From an uncultured Actinomycetes bacterium (GTDB lineage: Bacteria; Actinomycetota; UBA4738; JBBDTT01): DNA of 64,000 nucleotides. Shown in pieces: positions 51,194 through 60,977 of this stretch. The stretch spans positions 384,001 to 448,000 of the forward strand of contig CAVUMN010000004.1 of assembly GCA_963742735.1 (NCBI GenBank). The letters are read 5' to 3'. Within the stretch, counting starts at the first letter, position 1, and every line of letters begins with the position of its first letter. The translations under genes were made by a program, and so were the position numbers. The notes beneath the pieces are model-generated. The model was given only the letters and a program-made list of their open reading frames with translations, did no database searches and had not been told where the DNA came from.

Positions 51194-51222
51194 TTGCCCA
51201 ACCGCGAGCGTTTGCCGATAGT
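51194..51222 (+). promoter_or_regulatory. Putative promoter of the structured RNA
   Basis: TTGCCC-N17-GATAGT; overlaps GCCGATAG (sigma28-like -10). Confidence 0.45.
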
Positions 51223-51228
51223 GCACCC

Positions 51229-51454
51229 ACGAGAGGAAGGAGGTGGTCCTACTTGTCTGATGGCAGTTCGACCCTCGAGGTGACTGGCTGCTGAGTCACC
51301 CCCAGCGGGACCCGAGGCAGACCACCTCCTGAAGGTCCCGCCGCCAAGGGGAAGCTTGGCGGAATCCCAACCAGCTCACCGGCCCCGGAGGTCCCGGAGT
51401 GGTCGACCCGGGCGGCGTTCGCGCCGAGCATCCTCCGGGGTCGCTTCTTTTTTT
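51229..51454 (+). ncRNA. Candidate structured RNA with a sequestered 13-codon ORF; family not recognised
   Basis: At least six stems, an 11-bp long-range pairing and a terminal stem plus T-run in a ~340-bp intergenic gap; ends estimated. Confidence 0.65.
51380..51454 (+). terminator. Branched intrinsic terminator
   Basis: Stem 51380-51391/51432-51443 enclosing two hairpins (one with a TTCG loop), followed by CTTCTTTTTTT. Confidence 0.75.
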
Positions 51455-51490
51455 GCTTCGCTCCGGCCCGGGTGCGATAGGTTCCCCGGC

Positions 51491-51898
51491 GTGAGGCGGA
51501 TCGGCGCGCTCGTGTTGCTGATCGCACTGGTGGGCTGCTCCACGCCCGACCAGAGGGAGTTCTCGCCCCCCGATCGCGTCCGGCTCTCCGACGGAAGCGA
51601 GGGCGTCGACCGCGGCGAGGCCGAGGCGATCGACGGGGCGATCCAGATCCGGATGGTGGAGTTCGCCTTCGAGCCGACCGTGGTGATCGCCCCCGGTGGC
51701 TCGGCCCTGGAGGTCGAGCTCGTCAACGCCGGCCAGAACGTGCACGGGTTCGAGGTGTCCGCACTGGGGATCGACACCACGCTCGCCGAGGGCGCCCGCG
51801 AGACCGTCACCATCGCCGTGCCCGAGAACGGGGCGGTCGTTTTCGAGTGCAAGTTCCACCTGCCGCGCGCGATGCGCGGCGAGATCCGGGCCGGCTGA
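51491..51898 (+). CDS. Cupredoxin-domain lipoprotein
   Basis: Lipobox LVGC; type 1 copper ligands H (VHGF) and C..H....M (CKFHLPRAM). Confidence 0.85.
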   Translation: MRRIGALVLLIALVGCSTPDQREFSPPDRVRLSDGSEGVDRGEAEAIDGAIQIRMVEFAFEPTVVIAPGGSALEVELVNAGQNVHGFEVSALGIDTTLAEGARETVTIAVPENGAVVFECKFHLPRAMRGEIRAG

Positions 51899-51899
51899 G

Positions 51900-52358
51900 T
51901 CAGCCCGCCTGGGCCTGCTCGGCTTTCTTGAGCCCGGCTCGCACCGATTGCGCCACCGGCTTTCCCCGGGTCAGGGCGATCAGGCGGATCGCGAACTTGC
52001 CGAGGAGGCCGATGCCCTCGCGGCTCCAGGTGACGTGGATGCGGCTGCCGCCCTGGTCGCCGGGTGCGATCTCGGCTTGGACGAAGCTGCCGGGCTTCGA
52101 GAAGTTGCTCTCCTTGACGGTCCACTTCACCGTCCCCGGCACCGACCAGTCGTAGCGCTCGATGGCCCAGATCTTCATCCCGGGCGCCTTGGTCCCCTCC
52201 TTGATCTCGGCCCAGGTGTCGCCGACCTCGAGGACCTCGTAGAACTCAGGGGCGATGCCCGGCCAGATCTCCGGCCGGTTGGCGGAGAAATCCAGGAGCA
52301 TCTCCCTGACCTTCTCCGGCGGCAGCGTGGTCTCCACGTCCATCTCGACCTTCGGCAT
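51900..52358 (-). CDS. SRPBCC family protein
   Basis: LLDFS.NRPEIWP, WAIERYDWS.PG.V.W. Confidence 0.75.
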   Translation of the reverse strand: MPKVEMDVETTLPPEKVREMLLDFSANRPEIWPGIAPEFYEVLEVGDTWAEIKEGTKAPGMKIWAIERYDWSVPGTVKWTVKESNFSKPGSFVQAEIAPGDQGGSRIHVTWSREGIGLLGKFAIRLIALTRGKPVAQSVRAGLKKAEQAQAG

Positions 52359-52415
52359 GGGCCGCATTGTTCACCGAGCGCCACGGCGGTAACAAGTGCC
52401 GCCCTACAATCGGGC

Positions 52416-52487
52416 GGGGGTGTAGCTCAGTGGTAGAGCACCTGCTTTGCAAGCAGGGGGTCGCCGGTTCGAATCCGGTCACCTCCA
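52416..52487 (+). tRNA. tRNA-Ala (TGC)
   Basis: Acceptor GGGGGTG/CACCTCC with G3-U70; anticodon arm CCTGC-TTTGCAA-GCAGG; TACAAT -10 at 52405. Confidence 0.96.
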
Positions 52488-52494
52488 CCCGGGC

Positions 52495-52776
52495 CTAGGC
52501 GTCCTCGACCGCCACCACCGGCAGGATGCGGCTGTGCGTGCGTCCCACCATGCCGGCCTTCAGCAAGGCCTCCTCGATGACGTGGCTGCTGGGGGCGTCG
52601 ATCAAGAGGAAGATCTCGTGGGCGGACCGGTTCACCCACCATCCCTGCACGGTCATGCCCGTCTCGGCCGCCGAGTCCTTGAACCCGTCCAGCGCCGGGG
52701 CCAGCGCCTCCTCCTCTGCCTTGCCGCGAAACGCGCAGCTCTCCGGGTTGTGGGTGTTGACCACCATGTGCAGCAT
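52495..52776 (-). CDS. Small ferredoxin-like-fold protein (DUF3303/GYD-like)
   Basis: GGAGGAG RBS; H.PESC, HEIFLLIDAP; 93 aa. Confidence 0.65.
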   Translation of the reverse strand: MLHMVVNTHNPESCAFRGKAEEEALAPALDGFKDSAAETGMTVQGWWVNRSAHEIFLLIDAPSSHVIEEALLKAGMVGRTHSRILPVVAVEDA

Positions 52777-52863
52777 CCGACTCCTCCTTCCGGGACGTCC
52801 GCATCGTAGGGCTGATGCTATCCATCGGGGAGGAGCCGCATCGCGCGGGGTACGTTCTCGGGC

Positions 52864-54273
52864 ATGCCGTGGCTGCGGATCGTCGTGCCGGCCGAGGACC
52901 TCCGCCCCGGCCTGGAGGCCATCCGTCGCGAATCCCACGTCCCCGAGGGGTTCCCGCCGGAGGTGGAGTCCGAGGCACAGGAGGCAGCCGGCCGAGGACC
53001 CGAGGCGTCCGAGCGCGCCGATCGCCGCGACCTGGAGCTGGTCAGCCTTGACCCACCGGGCAGCCGCGACCTCGACCAGGCGTTCCTGGCCGAGCGGTCG
53101 GGTTCCGGGTTCCGGGTGCGCTACGCGATCGCCGACGTCGCCGCGTTCGTGCGCCCGGAGGGAGCCGTGGACCAGGAGGCGTGGCGGCGCGGCCTGACGC
53201 TCTACCTGCCCGACGGACGCGTCCCCCTGCACCCGCCGGCCCTGTCGGAGGGCGCGGCCAGCCTCCTTCCCGGCGCCGAGCGGCCGGCGCTGCTGTGGAC
53301 GATCGACCTGGACGACCGCGCGGAGGTCACTGAATCGCGGCTGGAGCGCGCCGTGGTCCGCAATCGCCGTGCCCTCACCTATCCGGAGGTGCAGGAGGGC
53401 CTCGACGCCGGCCACGCGGACGAGCCGTTGCGCCTGCTCCGGGAGATCGGGCGGCTCCGCCAGGACCGCGAGGCGGAGCGGGGAGGCATCAGCCTGAACC
53501 TGCCGGTGCGCGAGCTGACCCCGACCCCCGGCGGCTATCGGTTCAGCTTCGAGGCGCCGCTGCCCGTCGAGGGCTGGAACGCCCAGATCTCGCTGCTGGC
53601 CGGCCACTGCGCCGCCCGGATCATGACCGACGGCGGCGTGGGCATCCTGCGGACCCTCCCGCCCGTCGCCGAGGGTCAGGTCGAGCGGCTCCGGCGCGTC
53701 GCGCGAGCCCTGGAGATCGACTGGCCGCCCGATGCCACCCTCGGTGACGTCGTGCGCCGAGAGGACGGTGCCACCCAGGACAGCGCCGCGTTCCTGACCC
53801 AGGTGACGCATGCGCTGCGCGGCGCCGACTACCGCGTCGTGGACTCGAACCCGCAGGTGCACGGCGGCCTGGCGATGCTCTACGCGCACGTGACGGCGCC
53901 GCTGCGCCGCCTGGTCGACCGCTACGCGAACGAGGTGGTCCTGGCCCTCTGCGCCGGCGTCGAGCCGCCCGGCTGGGCCGCCGAGCACCTCGACCGGCTG
54001 CCCGAGGCCATGGCCGAGGCCGACCGGCGCTCGGACCGGATCGAGGGCGAGGTGCTCAACCTGGCGGAGGCGGTGGTCCTGGCGCCACATGTCGGCGAGA
54101 CGTTCGCGGCGACCGTGATCGACCGGAGCCGGGAGAAGGCCACCGTGCTGCTGCGCGACCCGCCGGTGGTGGCCCGGATCGCGCCGGAGAGCCTGGAGTT
54201 CGGCCAGGACGTGAACCTGCGGCTCACCGCCGCGGACCCGGTCGAGCGGCGGCTTGCGCTCGAGGTCCTCTAG
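52864..54273 (+). CDS. RNB-domain (RNase II/R family) exoribonuclease
   Basis: LDPPGSRDLDQA, YAIADV, YAHVTAPLRRLVDR. Confidence 0.9.
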   Translation: MPWLRIVVPAEDLRPGLEAIRRESHVPEGFPPEVESEAQEAAGRGPEASERADRRDLELVSLDPPGSRDLDQAFLAERSGSGFRVRYAIADVAAFVRPEGAVDQEAWRRGLTLYLPDGRVPLHPPALSEGAASLLPGAERPALLWTIDLDDRAEVTESRLERAVVRNRRALTYPEVQEGLDAGHADEPLRLLREIGRLRQDREAERGGISLNLPVRELTPTPGGYRFSFEAPLPVEGWNAQISLLAGHCAARIMTDGGVGILRTLPPVAEGQVERLRRVARALEIDWPPDATLGDVVRREDGATQDSAAFLTQVTHALRGADYRVVDSNPQVHGGLAMLYAHVTAPLRRLVDRYANEVVLALCAGVEPPGWAAEHLDRLPEAMAEADRRSDRIEGEVLNLAEAVVLAPHVGETFAATVIDRSREKATVLLRDPPVVARIAPESLEFGQDVNLRLTAADPVERRLALEVL

Positions 54274-54297
54274 GCCAGACGTTCAACGCGGGGAGCG

Positions 54298-56253
54298 TCA
54301 CCGCCGTCTCCCGAAGCGGTCGAGAAGCAACAGGTCCTTGGCGGCGCTCGGGTACCCGTTCGACCACCGCTTGTAGCGGCCCGCGGCGAGCTCGCGCCGG
54401 ACCAGCGGCCAGCGGTGGGGGAGGGATTCCATGCGTCCGCGGGCCCCGAAGTGGGCGGCTTTGTCGGCGAGCTCCGAGAGGATCTCGGGGCCCACCGGGT
54501 GGGCATCGGCCCGTTCGGCAAGCCGGTCGTGCGCGTCGAGCAGCCCGCGGGCGAAGTCGCCGAACGCCTTCCGCTCCTGCTTCGTCATCCGGCGGACCAG
54601 CTGGGCCCGGCGCACGGCGTGGTGGGCCCAGGTCAGACGGTGGGGCTGCACGCCGATCCCCACGTGCTGCTCCGCATGCAGGCGATAGTGGATGGTCGGC
54701 TCTGGACTCATCCGGACGTCGGCGGTCGCGGAGAGCAGCATGCCGATCCACGCATCGTGGATCCAACCCTCGGGGATCGGCAGGATCAGATCGCGCCAGG
54801 ACGCGCGCAAGGCCAGGGTCGCGCCCGTCATCAAGTTTCCGTCGAACAGGATCCGGACCTTGTCGGCCGGATCGGCGGCCGAGTACCGTCGCCACATCCA
54901 TGACGTGATCCCAAGGGCCTCCCACAGCCGCCGCCCCCGGCTGCGGGAATGCTCGTCGATCAGCTCGGCATCGCTGAAGAAGAGGGCCAGCGCCGGTGAC
55001 TCGTCGAACGCCGCCTCGATCCGCTGGAGCCGGTCCGGGAACCACACGTCGTCCTGGTCGCAGAGCGCGATGACGTCGCCGGCGCACGCCGAGATGGCCC
55101 GGCCGAAGTTCCGGCCCGGACCCAGGGGGGCCGGCTCGGGCTCGTGCATTCGCACCGGGAAGCCGGCGGAGGACCCGAACCCGGCGAGGATCTCCGAGGT
55201 GCGGTCGATACTGCCGTCGTCACAGACGACGAGCTCGTCGGGTGGACGGGTCTGGGCCGCGATGCTGTCCAGCTGCTGGGCCAGATAGCGCTCGCCGTTG
55301 AACGTGCACAGTGCCACGGAGATCCGGAGCCGGCGCGGGGATCGCCGCCGGCGTGCGCGATTCGGTGCCGGGCCGCCCACCTCGAACCCCAGCGCTCGGA
55401 CTCGGTCCAGGTCCTCCGCGGGGAACCGGGAGAGATCCATGTAGCGGTGCATCCCGAGCGACACCGGCGCCGACGGCACCGCCGCCAGGCGGTCCAGCTC
55501 CCCGGGTCCGAGGTCCTCGCCGAGGTCCACCAGCAGCCGCTCGATCGTGGGCCGGGGGTGGGTGCACAAGTCGTCGTATCGGGCCACGACGAACCCGTCC
55601 CCGAACAGCCGTCGGCCTTCCTCGACGGCCCGCTCGTTCGCGGCCAGCCAGTAGCGAAGGGCGCGTTCGGGGCTCAGGACGCCGGGATCGATGCCGAACC
55701 GGGGCCCGAACGCGGCGAGGTGTTGCTGGTTCCGGCTGAAGGCCATGTCGAGTCCGTGACGGATCACGTGGACGTAGCGGAGCTGCCCCAGGTGCGCACG
55801 GATCGGCTCCAGCAGGAGATAGGTGGCCGGCTCCTTCCAGCCCCAGGTCTCCGCACCGCGCGGATGACGGCCGCGGGTCACGAGGGAGCGGGCCCGAGCG
55901 AAGGCCCATCGCCCCCGCCCGTCACCGAGGTGGTTGTGTCCGTGCCGAGCCACGTCGCGGGTGGCGCCCGACAGGAAGCGGGCCCGGGCGGGGGAGAGCC
56001 GAAGCCGTCCCTCCATCGCCGCGGCGAACAGCTCGAGGCCCGTGCCCAGCGCGCCGTCGGAGCCCTCCAGGGCGCCGGGAAGCCATCCGGGGCGCACGAA
56101 CAGCAGCGTGAACCACAGGTTGTCGAGCGCCTCGTTCAGGTCCGGACCGAGGTCGACCCCGCGATCGAGGAGGATCTGGGCCACGACCCGGGTCCCGCTC
56201 CCGCCGACGCCCCCGACGGCTACCGGTGGGGGTCCGCCCGCGTCACGGCCCAT
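54298..56253 (-). CDS. Sulfotransferase-GT2 fusion protein (651 aa)
   Basis: GGVGGSGTR, WGWKEP, RHGLDMAFS; then ISVALCTFNGERYL..QLDSI, CDDGS, CDQDDVW, HDAW. Confidence 0.88.
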   Translation of the reverse strand: MGRDAGGPPPVAVGGVGGSGTRVVAQILLDRGVDLGPDLNEALDNLWFTLLFVRPGWLPGALEGSDGALGTGLELFAAAMEGRLRLSPARARFLSGATRDVARHGHNHLGDGRGRWAFARARSLVTRGRHPRGAETWGWKEPATYLLLEPIRAHLGQLRYVHVIRHGLDMAFSRNQQHLAAFGPRFGIDPGVLSPERALRYWLAANERAVEEGRRLFGDGFVVARYDDLCTHPRPTIERLLVDLGEDLGPGELDRLAAVPSAPVSLGMHRYMDLSRFPAEDLDRVRALGFEVGGPAPNRARRRRSPRRLRISVALCTFNGERYLAQQLDSIAAQTRPPDELVVCDDGSIDRTSEILAGFGSSAGFPVRMHEPEPAPLGPGRNFGRAISACAGDVIALCDQDDVWFPDRLQRIEAAFDESPALALFFSDAELIDEHSRSRGRRLWEALGITSWMWRRYSAADPADKVRILFDGNLMTGATLALRASWRDLILPIPEGWIHDAWIGMLLSATADVRMSPEPTIHYRLHAEQHVGIGVQPHRLTWAHHAVRRAQLVRRMTKQERKAFGDFARGLLDAHDRLAERADAHPVGPEILSELADKAAHFGARGRMESLPHRWPLVRRELAAGRYKRWSNGYPSAAKDLLLLDRFGRRR

Positions 56254-57188
56254 CAGGCGGATGGAGGAACGTCCCGCTCGACGGGGTGGCGCTTCCAGTC
56301 GGGGCCGGTTCGGGCCTGCCGGGGCGCGAACCATCGGTACACCGAGTTGCGCCGGCGCAGCCCGGCGAGTTCGCGCTTGACGTCGACGCCGGAGGCGTCG
56401 AGCTGACGGGTGAAGCGCTCCCGAGCGAACTCGAGGAGCTCCAGGTCCAGCTCGTTGCTGCGTTCCAGGATCGAGACGAGATCGGGGGCGAGATCCTCCC
56501 GCCGGGGCCTCGCCCGGCCCTCGTTCTGGCGCCGATAGGCGGGCTTCCGCCAGCCGAACAGTCGGGCGGTCAGCAGGACGGTCTCGTCGAAGCGCTCGGT
56601 GAGCCCCACCACGGAGAAGTGCTCCTCGACGTGGCGTTTGGCGGTTGCCAGCGCCTCGGCGTCCGGCGGCCGGTCCCACGCCCGGAGCCCGGCGATCCGG
56701 CGCACCTGGGCGTTTTGAATGGTGCGGTCGCGCTCGGAACGGATGTACTCCGCCAGGCCGAGCGCGAACCGCTGCCGCACGACGCGGTGCTGGTAGGAGG
56801 ACAACGCCCGGTCGATCGGATCCCGGAGCAGGGTGACGTAGGTGGCCGGGCGCTCGACGGCCTCGTGCAGGCCGAACTCGAAGTGCCCCATGATCGCCCG
56901 CAGCTCGGCCCGCCGCTGCGGAGGGAACTCGCGGAATCGTTGGATCGACCCCCCATGGGGTAGATCGGGCGGCGGCGGCCCGCCGGTCTCGAGGAATCGG
57001 AGGATTGCCTCGCGGCGCTCGGGGCCGCGCCCGGAGACGATCTCGAACCGCTCGCGGCCGTACTCGCGCAGCATGATGTCGCCGAAGGTGAGCCCGCCCG
57101 TCTTCGGGACGTGCATGAACAGCAGGGTGGGCATCGCGTCGTTGCGGACGGCGGCGGTGGGTTGGGCGGATTCGAGTGAAGGGCTCAT
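56253..57188 (-). CDS. Sulfotransferase (HxPKT type)
   Basis: FMHVPKTGGLT, RDPIDRALSSY, VGLTERFDE. Confidence 0.9.
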   Translation of the reverse strand: MSPSLESAQPTAAVRNDAMPTLLFMHVPKTGGLTFGDIMLREYGRERFEIVSGRGPERREAILRFLETGGPPPPDLPHGGSIQRFREFPPQRRAELRAIMGHFEFGLHEAVERPATYVTLLRDPIDRALSSYQHRVVRQRFALGLAEYIRSERDRTIQNAQVRRIAGLRAWDRPPDAEALATAKRHVEEHFSVVGLTERFDETVLLTARLFGWRKPAYRRQNEGRARPRREDLAPDLVSILERSNELDLELLEFARERFTRQLDASGVDVKRELAGLRRRNSVYRWFAPRQARTGPDWKRHPVERDVPPSA

Positions 57189-57360
57189 AGCGCGCTGGGG
57201 ATCTCGACTGGCGTGCCCGGTGCACGCGCTCGGCAGCAGATTCTAGCGGCCGGCCGGCGGGGCGAACCGGTGGGTCCAGCGGCCCGCGCTCCCCGGCCCC
57301 GACCGTAGAGGTCACGGGTCCCATGCAGGAATCGGAGGCCCCGTCCGCCAACGAGTAGGG

Positions 57361-60028
57361 ATGAACGCTCGACGAACCCGCACCGGCGCGGCCCTCGTGC
57401 TGCTCGCCGCCACGATCCTGTCCACCCCGGCCCGGGCCCAGGAGGCCCAGGAGCCCGTGCCCGAGGTCGCCGACCTCGTCGAATCCGTGAGCATCATCCC
57501 GCCCGGCCAGGACGGCACGATGGATCTGCTGGAGTTCGCCGGCTTCACGGCGACCGAGGCAACGCCCGAGCACTACGCGGACCAGCTCGAGCAGTACGCC
57601 GGCCTGGTCGACGACGACGACGTGACGCCGGCCGACCTGGAGACCCACTACCACCCGCAGCAGTTCGGGCCCGAGGAGGTCGTCAGCGAGTACTCCCCGC
57701 GCGAGGGCGTGACCGTCTACCGCGACGCGCTCGGCGTCCCGCACATCTACGGGGAGACCACCGACGACGTCGAGTTCGCCCTGGGCTACGTCACCGGTGA
57801 GGACCGCCTGTGGCAGGCCGACGTGTTCCGTCACGCCGCCCTCGGCACGCTGGCCAGCTTCGCCGGAGCGAGCTACGTGGAGATGGACAAGGCCACCCGC
57901 CTGGACGGCTACACCGAGGCCGAGCTCCAGGAGATGATCGACGCGTTCCCGAAGGTGTTCCCGAAGAACGGCCTCGGCCGGTCGATCGTGGACGGCCTCG
58001 AGGCGTACTCCGAGGGGATGAACGCGTACATCGACGAGGTCTCGTTCGATCCCACCCGCCTGCCCGCCGAGTACGTGGCCACGGGGAACACGCCGGCGCC
58101 GTGGCGGCCGATCGACTCCGCCGCGCTGGGCGTGCTGCAGCTCCGGGTATTCGGCGAGACGGCCGGCTTCGAGTTCCGCAACGCCACCCTGTACCGCGAG
58201 CTCGTCCAGAAGCACGGGCAGAAGCTCGGCTGGAAGATCTTCGGCGACCTCCGCCGGAAGAACGACCCGTCGGCCTACACCTCGATCCAGCCCGAGGACG
58301 GGCGGTGGCCCTCCCAGGTGCTCCCCGCGTACGACCCGAAGGCGATCGCCATCCCCGACGAGCCCGAGGCGGCCGAGGGCGCCGCCGAGGCCGCCCGCGT
58401 GGCCCTCAACGACGGCCTGCGCCGCATCGGGTTCCCGCAACTCGGCACGCTCGCCTCGAACGCGTTGCTCGTCTCCGGCAGGCGCTCCACCAGCGGGCAC
58501 CCCCTGGAGATCGGCGCGCCCCAGGTGGGGTACTCGGTGCCCCAGTTCTTCATGGACGTCGACGTTCACGGGGGTACGGCGGACCGCCGCCTGGACTTCC
58601 GGGGCGCGGCCGTTCCCGGCGCGTCGCTGCTGGCCGCCGTGGGCCGCGGCATCGACTACGCCTGGTCGCTGACCACCGGCGTCTCCGACGCGGTCGACAT
58701 CCGGGCCGAGCTGCTGTGCGAGCCGGGAGGCGAGAAGCCGACGGTCGACTCGAAGCACTACGTCTTCAAGGGCAAGTGCGTGGCCATGGAGTCACGCGAC
58801 GAGACCATCGACTGGAACCTCCCGCCCGCGAACCTGGCCGACCCCACCACGGCCGAGCTGCCGGGCTCGGAGACGATCACGATCGACCGCACCGGCCACG
58901 GCCCGGTGTTCTTCCGCGGGACGGTGGACGACAAGCCGGTCGCCTGGGTGCGCCAGCGGCAGTTCTGGAAGCGCGAGCTCGAGTCGTTCGGCGCCTTCGC
59001 CGGATGGAACTCCTCCAGCGAGACGAAGTCGGTCGCCGACTTCTTCCGGGCGGCCGACCGGATGACGGTCTCGTTCAACGTCTTCTACGCCGACTCCCGG
59101 AACATCGGCTACTACCACATCGGTGAGTACCCGCTGCGGGCCCGGGGCGTCGACCCCCGCCTGCCGTCGTGGGGCACCGGGAAGTGGGAGTGGCAGGGCG
59201 TGCTGCCGTTCAAGAAGAACCCGCACGTGATCAACCCGAAGCAGGGGTGGCTGGTGAACTGGAACAACAAGCCGGCCGCGGGATGGAACAACGGCGACGA
59301 CACCTACTGGGGCGACGTCCACCGCGTTCGCCTGCTCGCGGCGAACATGCGCGAACGCCTGGCCGGCTCGAAGAAGATCGACCGGGCCGACCTGGTCGAC
59401 GTGATCCGCGACGCCGCCACCCGCGACATGGACGCGTTCCGACTGGCGCCGCTGCTCCTTGCGGCGGTCGATGCGGGCGCCACGGGGCCGGACGCGGCTC
59501 GTCTGGACGCGGCGGCCGGGATCGTGAAGGCCTGGTATGACGCAGGGCCAGCACCGGGCCGACCAGGACCACGACGACCTGGACGACAACGGGCCGGCCA
59601 CGGCGATCTTCGACGCGTGGTTCGACGCCCTCGTCCACGCGGTGTTCGATGACGAGCTCGGTGACACCATCGGCCTCGCCGGCGTGCCGATCAGCGACCG
59701 CCCCGAGTTCAACAACGGCTCGTCGTACTTCGCCGACTTCGGGAACTACCTGTGGAACGTGCTGGGCAGGCGCCCCGTGGCCCGCGCGTACTGCGACGAC
59801 ATGGCCACCCCGACTCGAGAGGGGTGCACCAAGATGATCCTGGGGGCGCTCACCACGGCTCTGGACGCCCTGACGACGGCCCAGGAGACCGACGTCATGG
59901 CCGACTGGACCCGCCCGGCGGACATGATCCGGTTCGAGGGGCAGGGCGCGGGCAGCGTGCCGGCCATCCCGTGGCAGAACCGGGGGACCTACAACCACGT
60001 CGCGGAGATCACCGGCCGGCGTCCGTAG
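57361..60028 (+). CDS. Secreted penicillin acylase (Ntn hydrolase S45), +1 frameshift near 59545
   Basis: RDALGVPHIYG, EDRLWQ, nucleophile SNALLVSG, NWNNKP; C-terminal WQNRGTYN in the +1 frame. Confidence 0.85.
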
Positions 60029-60069
60029 CGCGCGGGAACGACTCCCGGAGGGCGCGGTAGGCTGCCTTC

Positions 60070-60537
60070 GTGCGGCTTGCCGGCACGACGCTCGAGCGGA
60101 ACGCGCCGATCCCGCAGTTCCGCGTGGCCGAGTCCCTCTCGGACCGGGAGTTCACGCCGTGGGACGTGAAGGGCCGGCGTGCGCTGGTCCTGGCCTTCCT
60201 GCACGACGACTGCGCGGAGTGCGCCGCCTTCGCCGAGGAGGTCGCCGCCCGCGACGACCAGTTCCAGGCCGCGGACGCGACGGTGTACGCGGTGGCGCCC
60301 GCGCCGGTCGGCGCCGTGCCCACCCTGCTCGACCCGGACGGCGAGGTGGCGCGGACCTATCTGGGGGATGACGGCCTGGTGCCGACGGTGGTCCTCGCCG
60401 ACCGATACGGCGCCGCGTGGGCGGCGTACCCGGGCTTCGCCCACGACCTGCCGACGGTGGGAGAGCTGGCGGCGACCGCCTGGCACATGGCCCTGCAGTG
60501 CGCGGACTGCGCCGTGCCGGTGTGGCCCGACGAGTAA
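60070..60537 (+). CDS. AhpC/TSA thioredoxin-like protein
   Basis: LVLAFLH..CAEC, LLDPDG.VA, VLADRYG; C-terminal CADC. Confidence 0.7.
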   Translation: MRLAGTTLERNAPIPQFRVAESLSDREFTPWDVKGRRALVLAFLHDDCAECAAFAEEVAARDDQFQAADATVYAVAPAPVGAVPTLLDPDGEVARTYLGDDGLVPTVVLADRYGAAWAAYPGFAHDLPTVGELAATAWHMALQCADCAVPVWPDE

Positions 60538-60549
60538 ACGGGAGGGGAC

Positions 60550-60951
60550 ATGGACGCGAGCAAGCTGAAGGACATCCCGTTGTTCGCGGGCCTGTCGGAC
60601 CACGACCGCACCACCGTCGCGCGGTGGGCGGACGAGGTGGACGTCACCGAGGGCAAGCATCTGGTGGACCAGGGGCGATTCGCCTACGAGTTCTTCGTGA
60701 TCCTCGAGGGCACCGCGGACGTGACCCAGGACGGCCGGCACCTGACCGACCTCGGACCGGGGGACGTCTTCGGGGAGGTCGGCCTGCTGGGCGACCACGT
60801 GCGCTCGGCGAGCGTGGTGGCCACCTCGCCCATGCGGGTGGTGGTCATGCTCGACCGAGACTTCAAGGCCATGGAACGAGATCTGCCTGAGGTGGCCGGA
60901 CGGGTCCGCGCGATCTGCCAGGACCGCACCCGAGACGCCCTGACCGAGTGA
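60550..60951 (+). CDS. Cyclic-nucleotide-binding domain protein
   Basis: LKDIPLFAGLS, LGPGDVFGEVGLL, RSASVVA. Confidence 0.9.
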   Translation: MDASKLKDIPLFAGLSDHDRTTVARWADEVDVTEGKHLVDQGRFAYEFFVILEGTADVTQDGRHLTDLGPGDVFGEVGLLGDHVRSASVVATSPMRVVVMLDRDFKAMERDLPEVAGRVRAICQDRTRDALTE

Positions 60952-60977
60952 GCCGGCCGGGGGGAAGGAATCCGGCG

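Noticed and set aside
51229-51454. tmRNA, RNase P RNA, SRP RNA or 16S fragment
   Set aside because: Lacks their hallmark sequences; the 16S similarity is limited to an 11-nt anti-SD-like stretch
54298-58758. 1486-aa ORF on the minus strand
   Set aside because: Only 54298-56253 has protein motifs; the rest is shadow frame over a sulfotransferase and antisense to the acylase, as expected in high-GC DNA
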